A stretch of 61,726 nucleotides of DNA, the filler included, from Rhabdomonas costata (lineage: Eukaryota), in the NCBI GenBank assembly GCA_019059605.1. It is 25 parts of 25 records of this genome, joined end to end, with 100 filler letters (N's around TTAATTAATTAA, not from the genome) between each part and the next. Parts side by side here need not be neighbours in the genome. Positions count along the whole stretch, not along the records: positions 1 to 2,369 come from JAHMHO010003760.1; positions 2,470 to 4,837 come from JAHMHO010003761.1; positions 4,938 to 7,306 come from JAHMHO010003762.1; positions 7,407 to 9,774 come from JAHMHO010003763.1; positions 9,875 to 12,242 come from JAHMHO010003764.1; 20 more parts are not named here. One strand, given 5' to 3'. Positions within the stretch are counted from its first letter, which is position 1. The number at the start of each line of letters is the position of its first letter. Both the position numbers and the translations under genes were made by a program. The notes beneath the pieces were generated by a model. The model ran no database searches. It saw nothing but the letters and a program-made list of their open reading frames with translations, and was not told where the DNA came from. Shown one piece after another: positions 1 through 12,342 of the stretch.

Positions 1-2128
1 GTGGTGGGTGTGGTTGGTTTGTTGGGGCAGGTGCCATTCTTCCTGGGACACATTCTGCGCATACCAGGGGTGGCGCACGATGTCCTCCATGTTGTACCGC
101 TTGAAGGGGTCCACAACAATAATGTGGGAGAGCAAGTCCTTCAGTTCCGGAGAGAAGTGGTCCTGGCCGGTTGTGCGAATACATTGAAAAAGAAAGAAAA
201 GCAGAAGGAATTTCCATTAAAAAACCATTAGCGATCGTTAAGAATGGTAGTACATGTTTTACAGAAGCAACAACTGGATTCACACCACACCCAAACAAAT
301 AGCATTGCGTTTCTGATAGCCCTAACTGTACATTAGAACATCACCGCCACCGCAGAGTTCAGAGCAAAGCCACCACTGACACGTGTGCCCACTGCACGAA
401 ACTTCCAGTTTGTGGGAACTAACTTCTGGGACGAAATTATGAACTGCCTCTGAGGGCCAAAAGAGAAGAAAGAGAGCGTGACTGTGGGCGTGGGTTTGTT
501 CACACGGAACCTTCATCTCGAACTTTCCTTGCTCAATCAGCGAGAAAATGGCGTTGCCTCCGCCACGGTAGTGGCCGAACGGAAAACATCCCGCGCACAT
601 TACGTACAGGATCACCCCGCAGCTCCAGCTATCCGTCAGGAACCTACACACGACGAATTTTCATATTTCTCTCTGCGCCAACGTTGCCCTCAACCAGTCC
701 TGTTTACAAGGGCATGGTTATTTTCTACTTAAAACTATCTGATGCAGACAACTCTAGGAAATAACAGAACAGTGCATGATGCATTGCAACGATCTTTTGA
801 ACCGCAGGATTTTGCTGTCTGTTGTGTTAGTCTAGCTGATAATTGCAAGGTTTGGGTTTTCGCCCGCTTGGGAGTCGCCGGCTTGCTTCAACTTCGCGCA
901 CTGGCCACGATCATCACCTTTGCCTGTTGTATTGTGGGCACGCCCCCCACAGCTCCCAAAACGCAATAGGGTCTACCGTGCGAGCAACAGCGCGCGTGCA
1001 TGTGAAAGACATTTTCTATTTCCATCTTTTATCACGTCCATCCACCTTTCCCAAGCACTATCGCCGAAATTTACAATGTGATGTGGGGATGATGGCAAAT
1101 ATCACACAAAAAAAGTTCCTTGTGAAAAGCTGCACTTGCGCACCCATTGTATCCGGTTCCGGCGAGAATATCAGGGGCCAGGTACCTGTGAGGACAAGTC
1201 ACCCAAACTCAACCCACCTACAAACCCAGCAAAGTAAAAGTGAGGGCATTGTGAGGGCATAGTGAGGGCATTCACATCACGCCGCGCGCGTTCTGTATAT
1301 CACGTCACCGCAAACCAGGCGGGTGCTGGAAAGAATTCACCACGAGGGGGCAATGAACAACAGAGTGTGCGTCATACTCCGGAGTGCCGCACATAGTTGC
1401 GTTGGGGTTGAACCTGCCGGAGCCTGCAAGAACAAGCACAACATGAAGGGGCTGCTGGCAAAGCGAACGTGAAGTCTTTAGAGATGTTATTATCTCAGTT
1501 TCAAAACCTGGTTTCGGGTGGTTCAAAGAAAAAAACAGGGCAATTCAATTACCACACCAGCCAGGGGCAAAGGAAATTTCCCAGGTTCTGAATGAATGTT
1601 TCATCCCGACAGACTGTCGAGAGTTGGGTTGGTGGCCTTCCTTCTGGCTGCAGCCAATTCCTTATGTCAGACCCAAAAAACAAACACAAGCGAGCTTGTG
1701 GTCTCAGACGCTGGACTCGGACCGCAGTCAGTCTTGCTGGCTGTGCGAAAAATGCCCCATTTACGGACTTTTCTCTCAGCATAAGAGTCGTGGGTGGAAG
1801 AAATCCGCCGTGGTTTTGTGAATACAGCGCGCCTCGCGTAACCAATGTGGGGGATCCTTTCCTACCCTCTGGAGGAGACTCTGGTTCTCCGATGTCTCAG
1901 AAATTCGGACGTGCGGCAAACGCACTGGCCAAGAGGCAAATGATCTCTCAACCACTGGTGGTTCAATTTGGGGCGGAACCTGAAATTTGCTGTTTGGAGA
2001 ACCCAAAGTCGGAGATCTTCAGATTTCCCTTCTCGTCAAGCATCAAATTCTCCGGCTTCAGGTCACGGTGGGCAATGCCGTTCTTGTGAACGAAATACAA
2101 TCCCAGCACAAGTTGCTGGAAGTAGTGC
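1..2128 (-). CDS. Ser/Thr protein kinase, CAMK group (SnRK/CIPK/AMPK-like), partial; exons 2128-1980, 1423-1378, 1185-1144, 643-511, 162-<1
   Basis: Spliced frame [45 protein letters not shown]...[35 protein letters not shown]...[31 protein letters not shown]; all four introns GT-AG with compatible phases. Confidence 0.95.
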
Positions 2129-2256
2129 CTGCGAGGGACGAGCAGAAATCCCAACCACCCCATCATATAGAACTGACTAGCAAATTGAGAAAAAGAGGGG
2201 TATGGAACGCGAGAAAGAACAAAGAAGAAGAAGAAAGAGGGAAAATATGGTCTCAA

Positions 2257-2321
2257 AATGAAAAATGAAAAATCAAAAATCAAAAATCAAAAATCAAAAA
2301 TCAAAAATCAAAATGAAAAAT
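2257..2321 (+). repeat. (AAAATC)n/(AAAAATG) hexamer-type microsatellite, intronic
   Basis: About 7 tandem AAAATC units with degenerate flanks. Confidence 0.9.
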
Positions 2322-2369
2322 AGAATTGTCAACGCCGAAGCCGCCAGAGAAAAATGCAACCCAACCCCC

Positions 2370-2469
2370 NNNNNNNNNNNNNNNNNNNNNNNNNNNNNNN
2401 NNNNNNNNNNNNNTTAATTAATTAANNNNNNNNNNNNNNNNNNNNNNNNNNNNNNNNNNNNNNNNNNNN
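2370..2469. other. Artificial contig spacer N44-TTAATTAATTAA-N44 (first of 24; TTAATTAATTAA cores start at 2414, 4882, 7351, 9819, 12287, 14753, 17221, 19687, 22263, 24731, 27197, 29666, 32132, 34599, 37060, 39604, 42070, 44536, 47002, 49467, 51939, 54388, 56854, 59306)
   Basis: Identical 100-nt block about every 2.47 kb; the 12-mer puts stop codons in all six frames; flanking sequences are unrelated. Confidence 0.99.
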
Positions 2470-3191
2470 GGGTTGGTGGTCAGGTCCTCCCCTTCTCTGT
2501 AATTTATTGTTCATCCTCATGTCATTATCTACAATGTAGACGGAGTTGTTCCCTTTCCCGTTCCCATTCTTTCCAATTGAAAAAGTGGCCATTTGAGATG
2601 AATTTTTTATTAATATGGTCTTTTTTGGCAGCATGACTGCCACAAGTAGCACAATCGCACGTGTTGCTGCATCCTACTGACTACAACCTAATATCGGAGG
2701 CAAGGCTGTCATACTTGGATGGACATAATGGAGGAGGTTTTGTTCTCATTTTTAAATAAAATAATTAATAATTCAACGTTTCCATTTCAAGTACTGATTT
2801 TGATAATTCAATTTGAGAATTGGGATATTCGAATTGGGAATTGTTTCAAGATTTATTATTTGTTTTTCTTTTTATATTAAGCGCTTTTTTGAGTGAGTCA
2901 AAGGCGAATTGGCGTTTTGCCCGGGCTCTTCCTTTTTTTTGCAAGGCAAATACTTGTGTGGGAAGACCTTTACCAGGGTTAGGTATTCGAAATAGAGCTC
3001 TGGGGATTAGGTTCCGATGAATTTCAGAGTCAAATAAAAAACGCATGAATGCTTCTGTTCGCATGGTACAAAAGAAGCTCTTTGTCCAGCATAAATGCAT
3101 AAAACATTTTTTTTTTTGCATGCAACGCAATGAATGGTTATTGGGTCGGTCCAACTGCCGAAATCAAGTAGGCTGCCTCTCTTTTCACAAG

Positions 3192-4704
3192 GAAGAGTTT
3201 CCCGAATCTCTGGAACCCGTGGATACTGAAGATGAAATGTCCTTGGAAGAACTCCCAGAAGAGGAGGCATGGCTTTCATGCACTCGTTCTCTGCTTTCTT
3301 TGGCCATTTTCGTGGTTGGGCTTTTCTTTTCAAACCTAAAGCCCGTTGAATTTCTGGATGAGGATCAGCTCCTTCAACGCCAGCAGCTCGTTGTCAAGAG
3401 TGTTTCCGACTTGCTGGACATTACTCCCAGTGCGGCATGCCTTGTGCTACGTCACTTCAGGTTTTTTCATTTTCATTTTTTGGTTTTGCCGACGCAAGAA
3501 GCTTGGTTTGCCACATCCATTCGCACCCTTGTGAGCAATGATGCGTAGCAGCCGCAAGCATTGTACAGCGGAAGCGTGATTTATCTCTTTTTTTTTAAGC
3601 AAAGCCCATTTAAGAAAAATGTAAAAAAAGAAAAATCATGCACAGCATACAAAAAATAAATTGAAAGGTGCAGACGCGCAAGCAAATGGGTGCAGGGATG
3701 AATACTTCTGCAATGCCTGTCTGTTGGTTGCTTCTGTACAAAGAGCTTGATAAGCATTAAAGACTAGAAATTACTTTTGGTTTCACTTTCAGTTCTCCCG
3801 TTACTCGCAGCCAGTTTGCGCCCTGTTTTTGAATCTCTGTGATCGGCTTTTCCAGGGCGTTCCAAGAAAACAAACAGCAAACAGCATAGAAAGAATGAGA
3901 CAGAAGATCACAAACATTGCTGGCTGGTGGGTGGAGGATGTGCCAGTCTGCAGGTCTTTATCTTATCAAATCCGAAACCGGAGGTGAAGCAAAAACAGGT
4001 CCTTCCAAGCCCCTACGCCTCTAGGGCGGCTCCAAAACACATACATTCGGACCCATTTGGAATTTTTTTCCGATGGGATGAAGTACTCCTAAGCTCCACC
4101 ATAGACATGGGTCCCGTGACGGGATGTCCGTTGCATTCACGGCCTTATCGTTCTGCTCAGCGGTGTCGCTTGTGACTTCAGCCTTTGTCAGTACATTTTC
4201 GGATTGTCACTGAGAGTTTGGTCAAGGCCAACGGCCTTCGGCATAAAAAAGAGCAAGGTGGGAACCCGCAGAGGCGTTTTTACCTTGGTTTCAACTGTGG
4301 GTTCACCGGGAAGAACAATACCACCACAGAGCGAGAAGTCGTCATTGTTGTGTTAGTCAATTCTCTCAGATTACGTCAATTGTCTTTTGTGTTGTCAGTT
4401 GGGACTATCAGCAGTTAACCCAGGAATACTTTGAAGACCCAGCCGAACTTAGGTGTTCTGCGCGTTTGTCTTCAGTTTCAACTTTTTCCTTACTTCTGGT
4501 TGCGGTGGTGGTGGTGGTGGCGGCGGCGGCGGTGGGGTCGCCTTTTATAGGCGGACTCTGGGAATAAGCCTCGGGAAAGTGAAACCTTATCACTATGGCA
4601 AAGACGGGCAAATAGCTCGGTGCGGAATATGCATTGATGACGTCCCCTCGGTCCAGTTGCTGGCGCTTGCCTGTGGGCATTCGTTTTGCTCGTCCTGCTG
4701 GAAG
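3192..4704 (+). CDS. ARIH: Ariadne-family RBR E3 ubiquitin ligase, partial (acidic N-terminus, UBA-like, RING1); exons ~3192-3266, 3342-3460, 4399-4452, 4551-4704
   Basis: Acidic stretch, then VKSVSDLLDITPSAACLVLRHFSWDYQQLTQEYFED and RING1 CGICIDD...LACGHSFCSSCWK; splice phases consistent. Confidence 0.88.
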
Positions 4705-5500
4705 GTGTTTACTTTCTGCTACGGTTTAGAATTGTGAAAAAATACTCAAGGCAACAGAAGCATTTTAGAGAAGCGCTAAGCGCTCCTCTCTTTACGCCTT
4801 TGTCCCATCCCAACCCCAAACCAGACACACCCAACACNNNNNNNNNNNNNNNNNNNNNNNNNNNNNNNNNNNNNNNNNNNNTTAATTAATTAANNNNNNN
4901 NNNNNNNNNNNNNNNNNNNNNNNNNNNNNNNNNNNNNGGTTGTGTTGAGTGTCCTGGTTAATTCCCCACAAAAATTAGTGAAGCTTTGAGTTTTTGGCGT
5001 GTGATGATTTTCCTTTTCGTCGATTTTTTCGTCGATCCGGACGACTTCGCGGTGCACCAAGAAGGCACGAGCATGTTCAGAACGAGACCCTATCGCGAAA
5101 GTGGCCTGTTGCGCAGGATTTGTAACGGAAAGGAAAAGACACCGTGCAGATATAAGTCATCCAGACAGCCGCTAGCCGAATTGCTTCCATCAAATTGGCT
5201 CTCCAAGGACAACGCAGCGATTGATCCTACCATTGTGCACAGTCGCATCCTTGGGAACTACCACGCCGCTGCCGACAAAGCAGAATCCGTCAGGCACAAC
5301 AAATCCGCACCCTGTGCCGCCGTCTCATTCAATTTGGGTTGGACACTTTTGGCGGCTGGTGGCTACGACCCAAAGCGAGCTCTAAAAAAAGAAGCCCCTC
5401 TAAAAAAAAGGTTAATAAAAAATTGCGTATTTGCTGTCGTCGAAAAGCCCATGCAAAGATTGAAGCAGGCGCAGCTTGATGTGACTTGGTCTTTTCGCAG

Positions 5501-7178
5501 GAAGTCAGCCGCATCTCCACGAACGACGAAATACGGAAGGCGTATAAAAAGAAGGTCGGTGCTCTTTTTCTAATTTTATGAGTTGGGGTTCTGAGTTCAG
5601 GGGTCGGATTTCTGAGTGGGGGTTCTGGGTTCTAAGGTGGTGGTATTCTGGGTTCATGCGTTTGGGTTTCGATGGTGGTGGGTTGGAGCGTGCGGGTTCG
5701 GGGCTGGTGGTGCGTGGTTGGTGGTGCGTAGAGTGTACTATTTCGTTCATCTTTCGGTGCTCCTAACCTGTGCTATCGGTAGCACTTCGTAATCCCTTGG
5801 ATTTTCCTTCCCTTTCAGGCTTTGGAGTGGCACCCGGACAAAAATGCAGCGAAAGATGCGGGTGAAGTTTTCAAGAGAGTGCAAGAGGCCGTCTCAGTCC
5901 TCACCACGCCCGAACGGCGTGTTGCATACTACGACGTTGTGCTGAAGGAGGTGTGCACTAAACAGCCTAGACAGATTTTCTTGATGCACAGGCTTTTTGA
6001 ACTCAAACGTTCCCTTCACAGGAACAGGCTTTCCTGCGGGAAATACCCCGAAAGCAGCCCTGGGCAGCTTTCTTTGAACCCCCAGCCCCTTCTTGCGAGC
6101 TGTCAAAGTGGGAGATGGTCGAGGTGTGTGTTGGGTGCCCCTTTTGTCCTGTCGAACAGACAGTTGGACTTTTTTCCTTCCCACCACTTCGTCCCGTAAA
6201 CATAAAACAAGATAAATGGATTGACCTTTTTGCGAGCTTTGGAATCTGGTGCTGCCGCTGATTGGTCCCAGAACTCACTGCTGCTTTTCTGGTTCATCTG
6301 CTTTCCTCTGGAGCTCTGAGCTCCTGGTCGCTCCGGAAGCAAAATCTGAACAATTCCCGCGTCGTGTTGTAGGTCGTTCGCCGAGATGAGCAGACTCGAG
6401 AGACCAGCAGTGAACTTGAGTTTGGGGATTGGGTTCAGCGTCGCCGGGAGGAGGGTGCTGTGGCTGAGGTATTTGCCAAAGCAGCTCAGGAAGCCCGCAG
6501 GTTTCCACAGTTTATGCTCTTTCGCTTCCGGGTTCGTCTTCAGCTGGCGCTTAAGTGTTCTTGTTTCCCACTGGGTCGTTGTTTGCGCATTTTGGGAAGA
6601 TTGGGAGAATGTTGAGACGGGTGGATTACCAACAACGCATTTCACAGCAGCAGCGCTCAGCCTGCCCAAACGCCGACAAATGCATGACGATAAATGGCGA
6701 CAGATGGCTTCAGAGGGCACGGCAAAAAGCAGCTGCTCAAATTTCAGTCGCTGCAGGGGTCTCGCTGCCGTGCGTGTGTAGGAAGAGTTTTCCAATGAGA
6801 GACTTGTCTGAGAGATTGGGTTTCTGTTGAAACACAAATCTAGCGCCATCTTAAAGTTTGGGTTGCATTTGAGCAGATGCCCATCGGGTCAGTCGACATT
6901 TCGCCGTTATTTACCTACAAGAGACAGTTGAAACGGCTGTGTTTTCTGTGCGGTAGGAGAAAGGGAAAGGGCAATAACTTTTCCACAGAAAGTACACAGC
7001 AGCCACAGACGCCCGCGAGGCTGCGTACCGCCGCTGTGCGGAGGTGACAGAGCGGTTTTCTGACCGTGAGCAGCTCGCAGAGGCCCGTGCTCGGGCTTCG
7101 CGGCGGGCGGAAGCCGAGGCCCGTACCCGGGAGGCGGGGCGTAGGGCCCGCGAGTTGGCCAGCTCTCTAGCCGCTGTG
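5501..7178 (+). CDS. DnaJ (J-domain) protein with downstream coiled coil, partial; exons 5501-5554, 5819-5950, 6022-6123, 6373-6554, 6989-~7178
   Basis: EIRKAYKKK|ALEWHPDKNAAKDAGEVFKRVQEAVSVLTTPERRVAY contains the HPD motif; later exons join in phase via GT-AG and are E/R/A-rich. Confidence 0.9.
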
Positions 7179-7710
7179 GTGCAAGCAACCCCTCCCAATT
7201 CCGCCCTGCTTGTGAAACTGGCTTTGTCCCCTCACTGTAGAAGCCACCCTGTGCACACCTTGCTTTGTGCTGTTGAGTTTTTGCTTTGTAGCGTTAAAAA
7301 AAACACNNNNNNNNNNNNNNNNNNNNNNNNNNNNNNNNNNNNNNNNNNNNTTAATTAATTAANNNNNNNNNNNNNNNNNNNNNNNNNNNNNNNNNNNNNN
7401 NNNNNNGGGTTTTGGGAGGTACCAAATCCGGAAATATTTGTGTCCACCCGCATAATTGGGTTGCAGGTCTTTCAAGAATAATAAACAATGCTCCAGACTG
7501 GGGGTGCAAGTGGGACGGGGGTGCGGGGGGAGGGTTCAGAAAGTATCCCCGCGACGCGAGGCACCGGGGCTTATGACGTTAAGCAACTGAACGAGAGCAT
7601 TTCATCCGAATGCCCTGTGCGGAATAATACCGCTTGGTACACAATTTAATCACAGCAGCAGATTCTTTGGATTCTTTGGGCTTGACCCAAGAATGCACAC
7701 GGCGATCCCA

Positions 7711-8273
7711 TCAGGAAATATATGCAACAAAAGAAAAATCTGCGGAACTGAATGACGCACAACAGCGGGTCCCCTCCCTGGGCTGCCCAAAGGCCAGCAC
7801 CTTGGAGTGGAGATCCAATAAGTTCGTTCCTATACAAGCCCAAGGACAACAGCTTTGTACACCCATCTGCGATGAGAGGAAAACGGAATCCTGTTCCAAA
7901 GGCTCATGCCGAGTCACTGCAAAAGAGGAGGTGGTCAGCAGCACGCCTGCCTTCCTGCACGAGACCACGGTACCCGTACACACCACCTCGTTGGTTGACT
8001 GGCCAACATTTTCGTGCCGGTGGGTCCTAAAAGGGACACAAGCTGGAGGCGGTAGGGTGGCTGTTCCCACGAGACCCCCGGGAAGAAGGCTCACACAATG
8101 TCCCCATCGGAAGTCGGGCTGACCATCTTAGCGTACCTTGCGTACTGTGCCTGATAGAGCTGTCGGCGGCGGTGCAGCATGAACAGCCCACACACCAAGA
8201 GTAGCATGAATACCCCGGCTAGGAAGACATCCGCCTCGAACTCGCTGCTGACAGGCAGCCCCCCAGGGGGCAT
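7711..8273 (-). CDS. Small single-pass membrane protein of unknown function, probably two exons (8273-~8095 and ~8028 downward)
   Basis: MPPGG...VFLAGVFMLLLVCGLFMLHRRRQ is a hydrophobic helix with a basic stop-transfer; gtgagc donor and ttttag acceptor give an open frame. Confidence 0.4.
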
Positions 8274-8883
8274 TTTGTATGCAAGGAGCACACCACCTCA
8301 CACACAAACACAGTCAGACAAGATGTAACGAAGGGCGCATACTTGAAAAATGTACAAGAAAGCAAAATCAACAAAGGAAGATCTCGCGGGAAAGGAAAAT
8401 ACATGGCGAGAAACGGGGTAATTGGTGGGTGATTGGGTTCCACTGGTTTGGTACAAAAAGACGCGATTCGAAGGAAAAAGGCCACTGGCCATGAAAGTGA
8501 AATGTTCTGATTGAACAACAGCACGCATACGCAAAATCAGGTGCTGGCCTGGACGACATCGTCGTCTGTTCTGCTATCTCGAACCTTGCTGCCGCCCCAA
8601 TTGTTGATCATCCAGAAACAACAACTTATGCCACCCTCAGTTCTGGAAAATCCTTGTATCCCAGAAATAAGTGAGCCTCCAGTGCACACGAAGCAACTGA
8701 GCTAAAAACATTTTGGTACCCCTCAGGTGGCGCGCTATAGAATCATTTGGGGACCTGATCCTGTGGAGTTTTCAGTGAGCGATTTTTTTTGTTACAATCG
8801 GGAAACTAGGGCATGCAAATACAGAGAACGTTGTAGATTTGGCGGTTCCAAAGCTTTCTGCGTCAATTGCAAGCCAGGAATTA

Positions 8884-9628
8884 CTACCGGGAAACTCTTC
8901 TGTGGGTGGCAGGAGGAAGCGGCGCCGGAGGAGGCATCAAAATCGTGTCCAGGTCCACGGGCCTCTTCGGGGAGCTGTTTTTCAGTGAAGGAGGCGGGGA
9001 AGGAGGCGAGGATGGAGGAGGACCCGGTGCTGCTTTCGGCCGGGAAGGCTGGAAAAGCGGATTGGACATGAAAACAGTCTCATCCACAAACAATGGAATT
9101 GAAAGAAACAGTTGAAAAGGAGCGCCCGTGAACAAGCTGCACACGTGGGAATTTGAAATTGGCATTGCGATTGCCTCACCACCGAAAGTAACTGCCCGTC
9201 AAGAAACGTGAAGAAATAACCCCATAACCTCAAAATGGGGCTATCTGCACACAGAAAAAAATTAATAATCGGGTCTGCCGTATCTAGACTCCCAACATCA
9301 CGAGGCCACCCTCAGTGCACACCTCGGCAGCCGTCCTCCTGGGCTCTGAGGTCTCCCCGAATACTCTGGGGTCAACAGGCACAGCCAAAAGAGGGCATTG
9401 GGCCCCCGGCGGCAAGGCACCGGGGAGGGGCTCCGGCTCCTTCGGGGTCGGGGTTGAGGCACAATGCCACAACAGGTGCTCTGAGAGAAGGTACGAGGAC
9501 CGGAAGGCCACCCCACAGCGGACGCAGGCACAGAGCTCTTCTGCAGGGGAGTGGCACCCGTGGGTAACGGCCTCGGAGGCAGGGGCAGAGCAGCTGCCAG
9601 AGGGGATTGTCTCCTCCAGGGGCCGCTC
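8884..9628 (-). CDS. C2H2 zinc-finger protein with Pro-rich tail, partial; exons 9628-9323 and ~9078-8884
   Basis: CVRCGVAFRSSYLLSEHLLWH (9526-9464) fits C-x2-C-x3-F-x5-L-x2-H-x3-H exactly; exon bounded by cag/gtgtgc. Confidence 0.72.
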
Positions 9629-9874
9629 CTGATCCCAACAAAGAATCTTTAACTCACAGGTTTAACGAAGGGTACAAATGGACGTGCAGGTACATCGGGC
9701 GAGATCGAGCTCAGCTCCACCAGACGGGGCTGAGAACCTCGAGGGGGGAGGAATGACACAAAACCCCAACACACNNNNNNNNNNNNNNNNNNNNNNNNNN
9801 NNNNNNNNNNNNNNNNNNTTAATTAATTAANNNNNNNNNNNNNNNNNNNNNNNNNNNNNNNNNNNNNNNNNNNN

Positions 9875-12190
9875 GTTTGTGGGTGGCTGCAGAGGGTGTC
9901 CTCCCTGCGAACGCTGAACCTCAGCCGCTGCCTCTCGGAGGACACCGAGCCCCTGGACCGTGGGTGCTGCCTTGCCATCGCTACGTCGCTCAGCCTGCAG
10001 GTTTCGCCCGCCTTTTCACCACTGCTTCACTCATTTGCAACGAAGTTTAGTCATTTTGTTGCACAGGAACAAGAACAGGTTGTCTGCTGTGATTCACAGT
10101 GGTCCTTCCTCATTTAGATTTACGCCAACATTGTGCTCAACCTCCGAGTGTTCGGGCATCCAATCGGTGATCACGTGCCCACTCCGCAGGACGCTTGTTG
10201 CAAGTATTCACAGCGGCACTTATAAGCACCAAAGACACAACTGAAGCAGGGAAAGAAGAGGGTTAGAGAAGATGATCAAGCAGTTTCTTGACGGAGAAGG
10301 GGAAAGGATTTAATGGGCGATGGAGATGTTGATGCAAAGAAAACAGAGGGAGGCGCTTCCCACTTTCTTTGCATTTTCTGCCGATTTAATTGACCGCAAT
10401 TTTCAGGACTGATTATCGGAGGGCTGTGGGCGATGTGGCCCATTCCTTTTTGTTTTTGACAGCCCAAGCTTCGGTCGCTGAACCTCTCCAGCCTTCGCCT
10501 TACCGCGGCACACATATCGATGCTTTGCCCAGCCTTCGCGCTTCCTTTGGAGGTGTGCGCTTCCCACGTACATCCGATGTACTGAATGCCATTATGAGAC
10601 ATACGTGCCGTAGCGGTCCCCCGGTGTTTCTTTTCTGGCAATGCTGGTCATTTGTGATCTGCATTGCAAATTAAACGGCTGTCAGTGCCTCCATCCATTT
10701 GACCTTGCCAGAGCTCTTTCGCCTTTTTAAGCAGACTTTGGAGAAGAAGAGATACAGGGTTTCTTCCCGGGTCATCCCGCATTGATGAATGGTGAATTTT
10801 CCAAAGGTAGTAATGGGATAGTCTATCAAAAAATGTGCTCAAATCCCCCCTCCCATTTTTCATTCTTCATTATGTTCAGTCAAGTTTGGTTTTGTTTTAT
10901 TCCAGGTTTCTCTATTGTTTCTGTCCGCCTTTTTCTGCTTCCCAGCACCGTTTTTAGCGGCTTCACCCTTTGTAGACGTTTATAGTGTTCTCTGCCTGCC
11001 GATTTGTTTACAGTAATTGCTTGGTTTTTTTTCTGTTTTTTTTTTTTTTTTTGCGCTTAGGGATCTCTCTTTTCGCCTTGTGTGTGTGTGTGTGTGTGGC
11101 AAGGGCCGCTGTTGGTGTGCGGCAGGTGCTGGACCTCTCGGGGAACCTTATCCGAAATGCTGGGGCGCTGCGAGTGCTACGGCTGCGGCATCCTACGCTG
11201 CGGAGGCTGCACCTGCACAACAACGAGGTCACCCGGGAGATTCTCGAGCTGGCCCACCCCTTGGTCTGCGCCATGCCCTGCCTGGCCGTGCTGACCGTCT
11301 TCAGGTCTGTGTGACCAGGTGTTATGTTACACGGAGGATTCTGTCCCCTCGTCCACCTTGAACAAATCAGCGCAGCCAACACTGTCGCCTGCCTAACAAG
11401 CCTCCCCCTACAAATGTGATGCCTTCTTTTCCTCCTCTTTTTGCACCTGTGCTGCTGTAGTTTGCGCCAGACTTGGAATACTGCACATTGTGATCTCAGT
11501 GCGAACGCAATTAACCGGGAAGTCAGTCAGTCGTGAATCTTCTTCCTTTCTTGGGTGTTTGCGGTCGTTGCAGCCCATCAGTGATCCAACAGCGCAAGAT
11601 CGTCGGCAGGTTTCATCTGATGGTCACACTAGTAGCTACACTCCTTCCTTCTTCCCTTCTTCATCCACGCACACTTTGCTGCTGTCTCTCCCACCAACTG
11701 CAATTTCTGGCACTGGCGATGTGAGTGGTGGAAGTGAAAACGAAAGCTGCGGTCACGTGTCCAAAAGCGTCAGGGGTTGCAGGAAAATGGTGGAAAATGG
11801 TGCCGAGAATAATCCGAATTATATCACAGGAAGAAGCATCAAAGCCTCATGACAAGAATGGGGATTCGCTAAGACGTCGTGTTTCTGCGCACACACAAGG
11901 CAAATGAACTGCTTCGATTATGGACGAAGATGCCGTTCTTATTTGCGCCAATTGCAATCAGGGAGATTTATAGGGTAGATGGAAGCTACTTTTTCCATGC
12001 AGCACGGAGAACGACCGGGACAGCTTGATCAGCCCAGAGGAAGTGGAGAGGCTACGGGCTGCGCGGGAGTCCCGGGAGCGAGAGCAGGAGCGGGTGTCGC
12101 AGTGGCTAAGGGGGCTGCCCTTCTTCCGGCCCACCTTGAACGACTCCTTCCTGTGCTACAAGGCCTTTGTGGGACTGAACATTCAGACAG
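9875..12190 (+). CDS. Leucine-rich repeat (RNI-like) protein, partial; exons <9896-10000, 10463-10552, 11126-11304, 12003-12190
   Basis: Repeated LxxLxLS motifs: LRTLNLSRC, LRSLNLSSL, VLDLSGNLI, LRRLHLHNNEV; GT-AG introns in phase. Confidence 0.88.
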
Positions 12191-12342
12191 GTCGTGGAAA
12201 CCCTCGCAGCTGGGTGCGGGGTTGGCGTGTTGACAAAAAAACNNNNNNNNNNNNNNNNNNNNNNNNNNNNNNNNNNNNNNNNNNNNTTAATTAATTAANN
12301 NNNNNNNNNNNNNNNNNNNNNNNNNNNNNNNNNNNNNNNNNN

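Noticed and set aside
1168..1185. Kinase APE motif reads APD
   Set aside because: Conservative change with HRD, DFG and the subdomain XI Arg intact; not enough to call a pseudokinase.
4986..5573. Long ORFs in the six-frame track such as 4986-5573, 6103-6849, 16206-16814, 50947-51774 and 51305-51946
   Set aside because: No recognisable motifs as whole ORFs; they are antisense to or read through introns of spliced genes, or are low-complexity.
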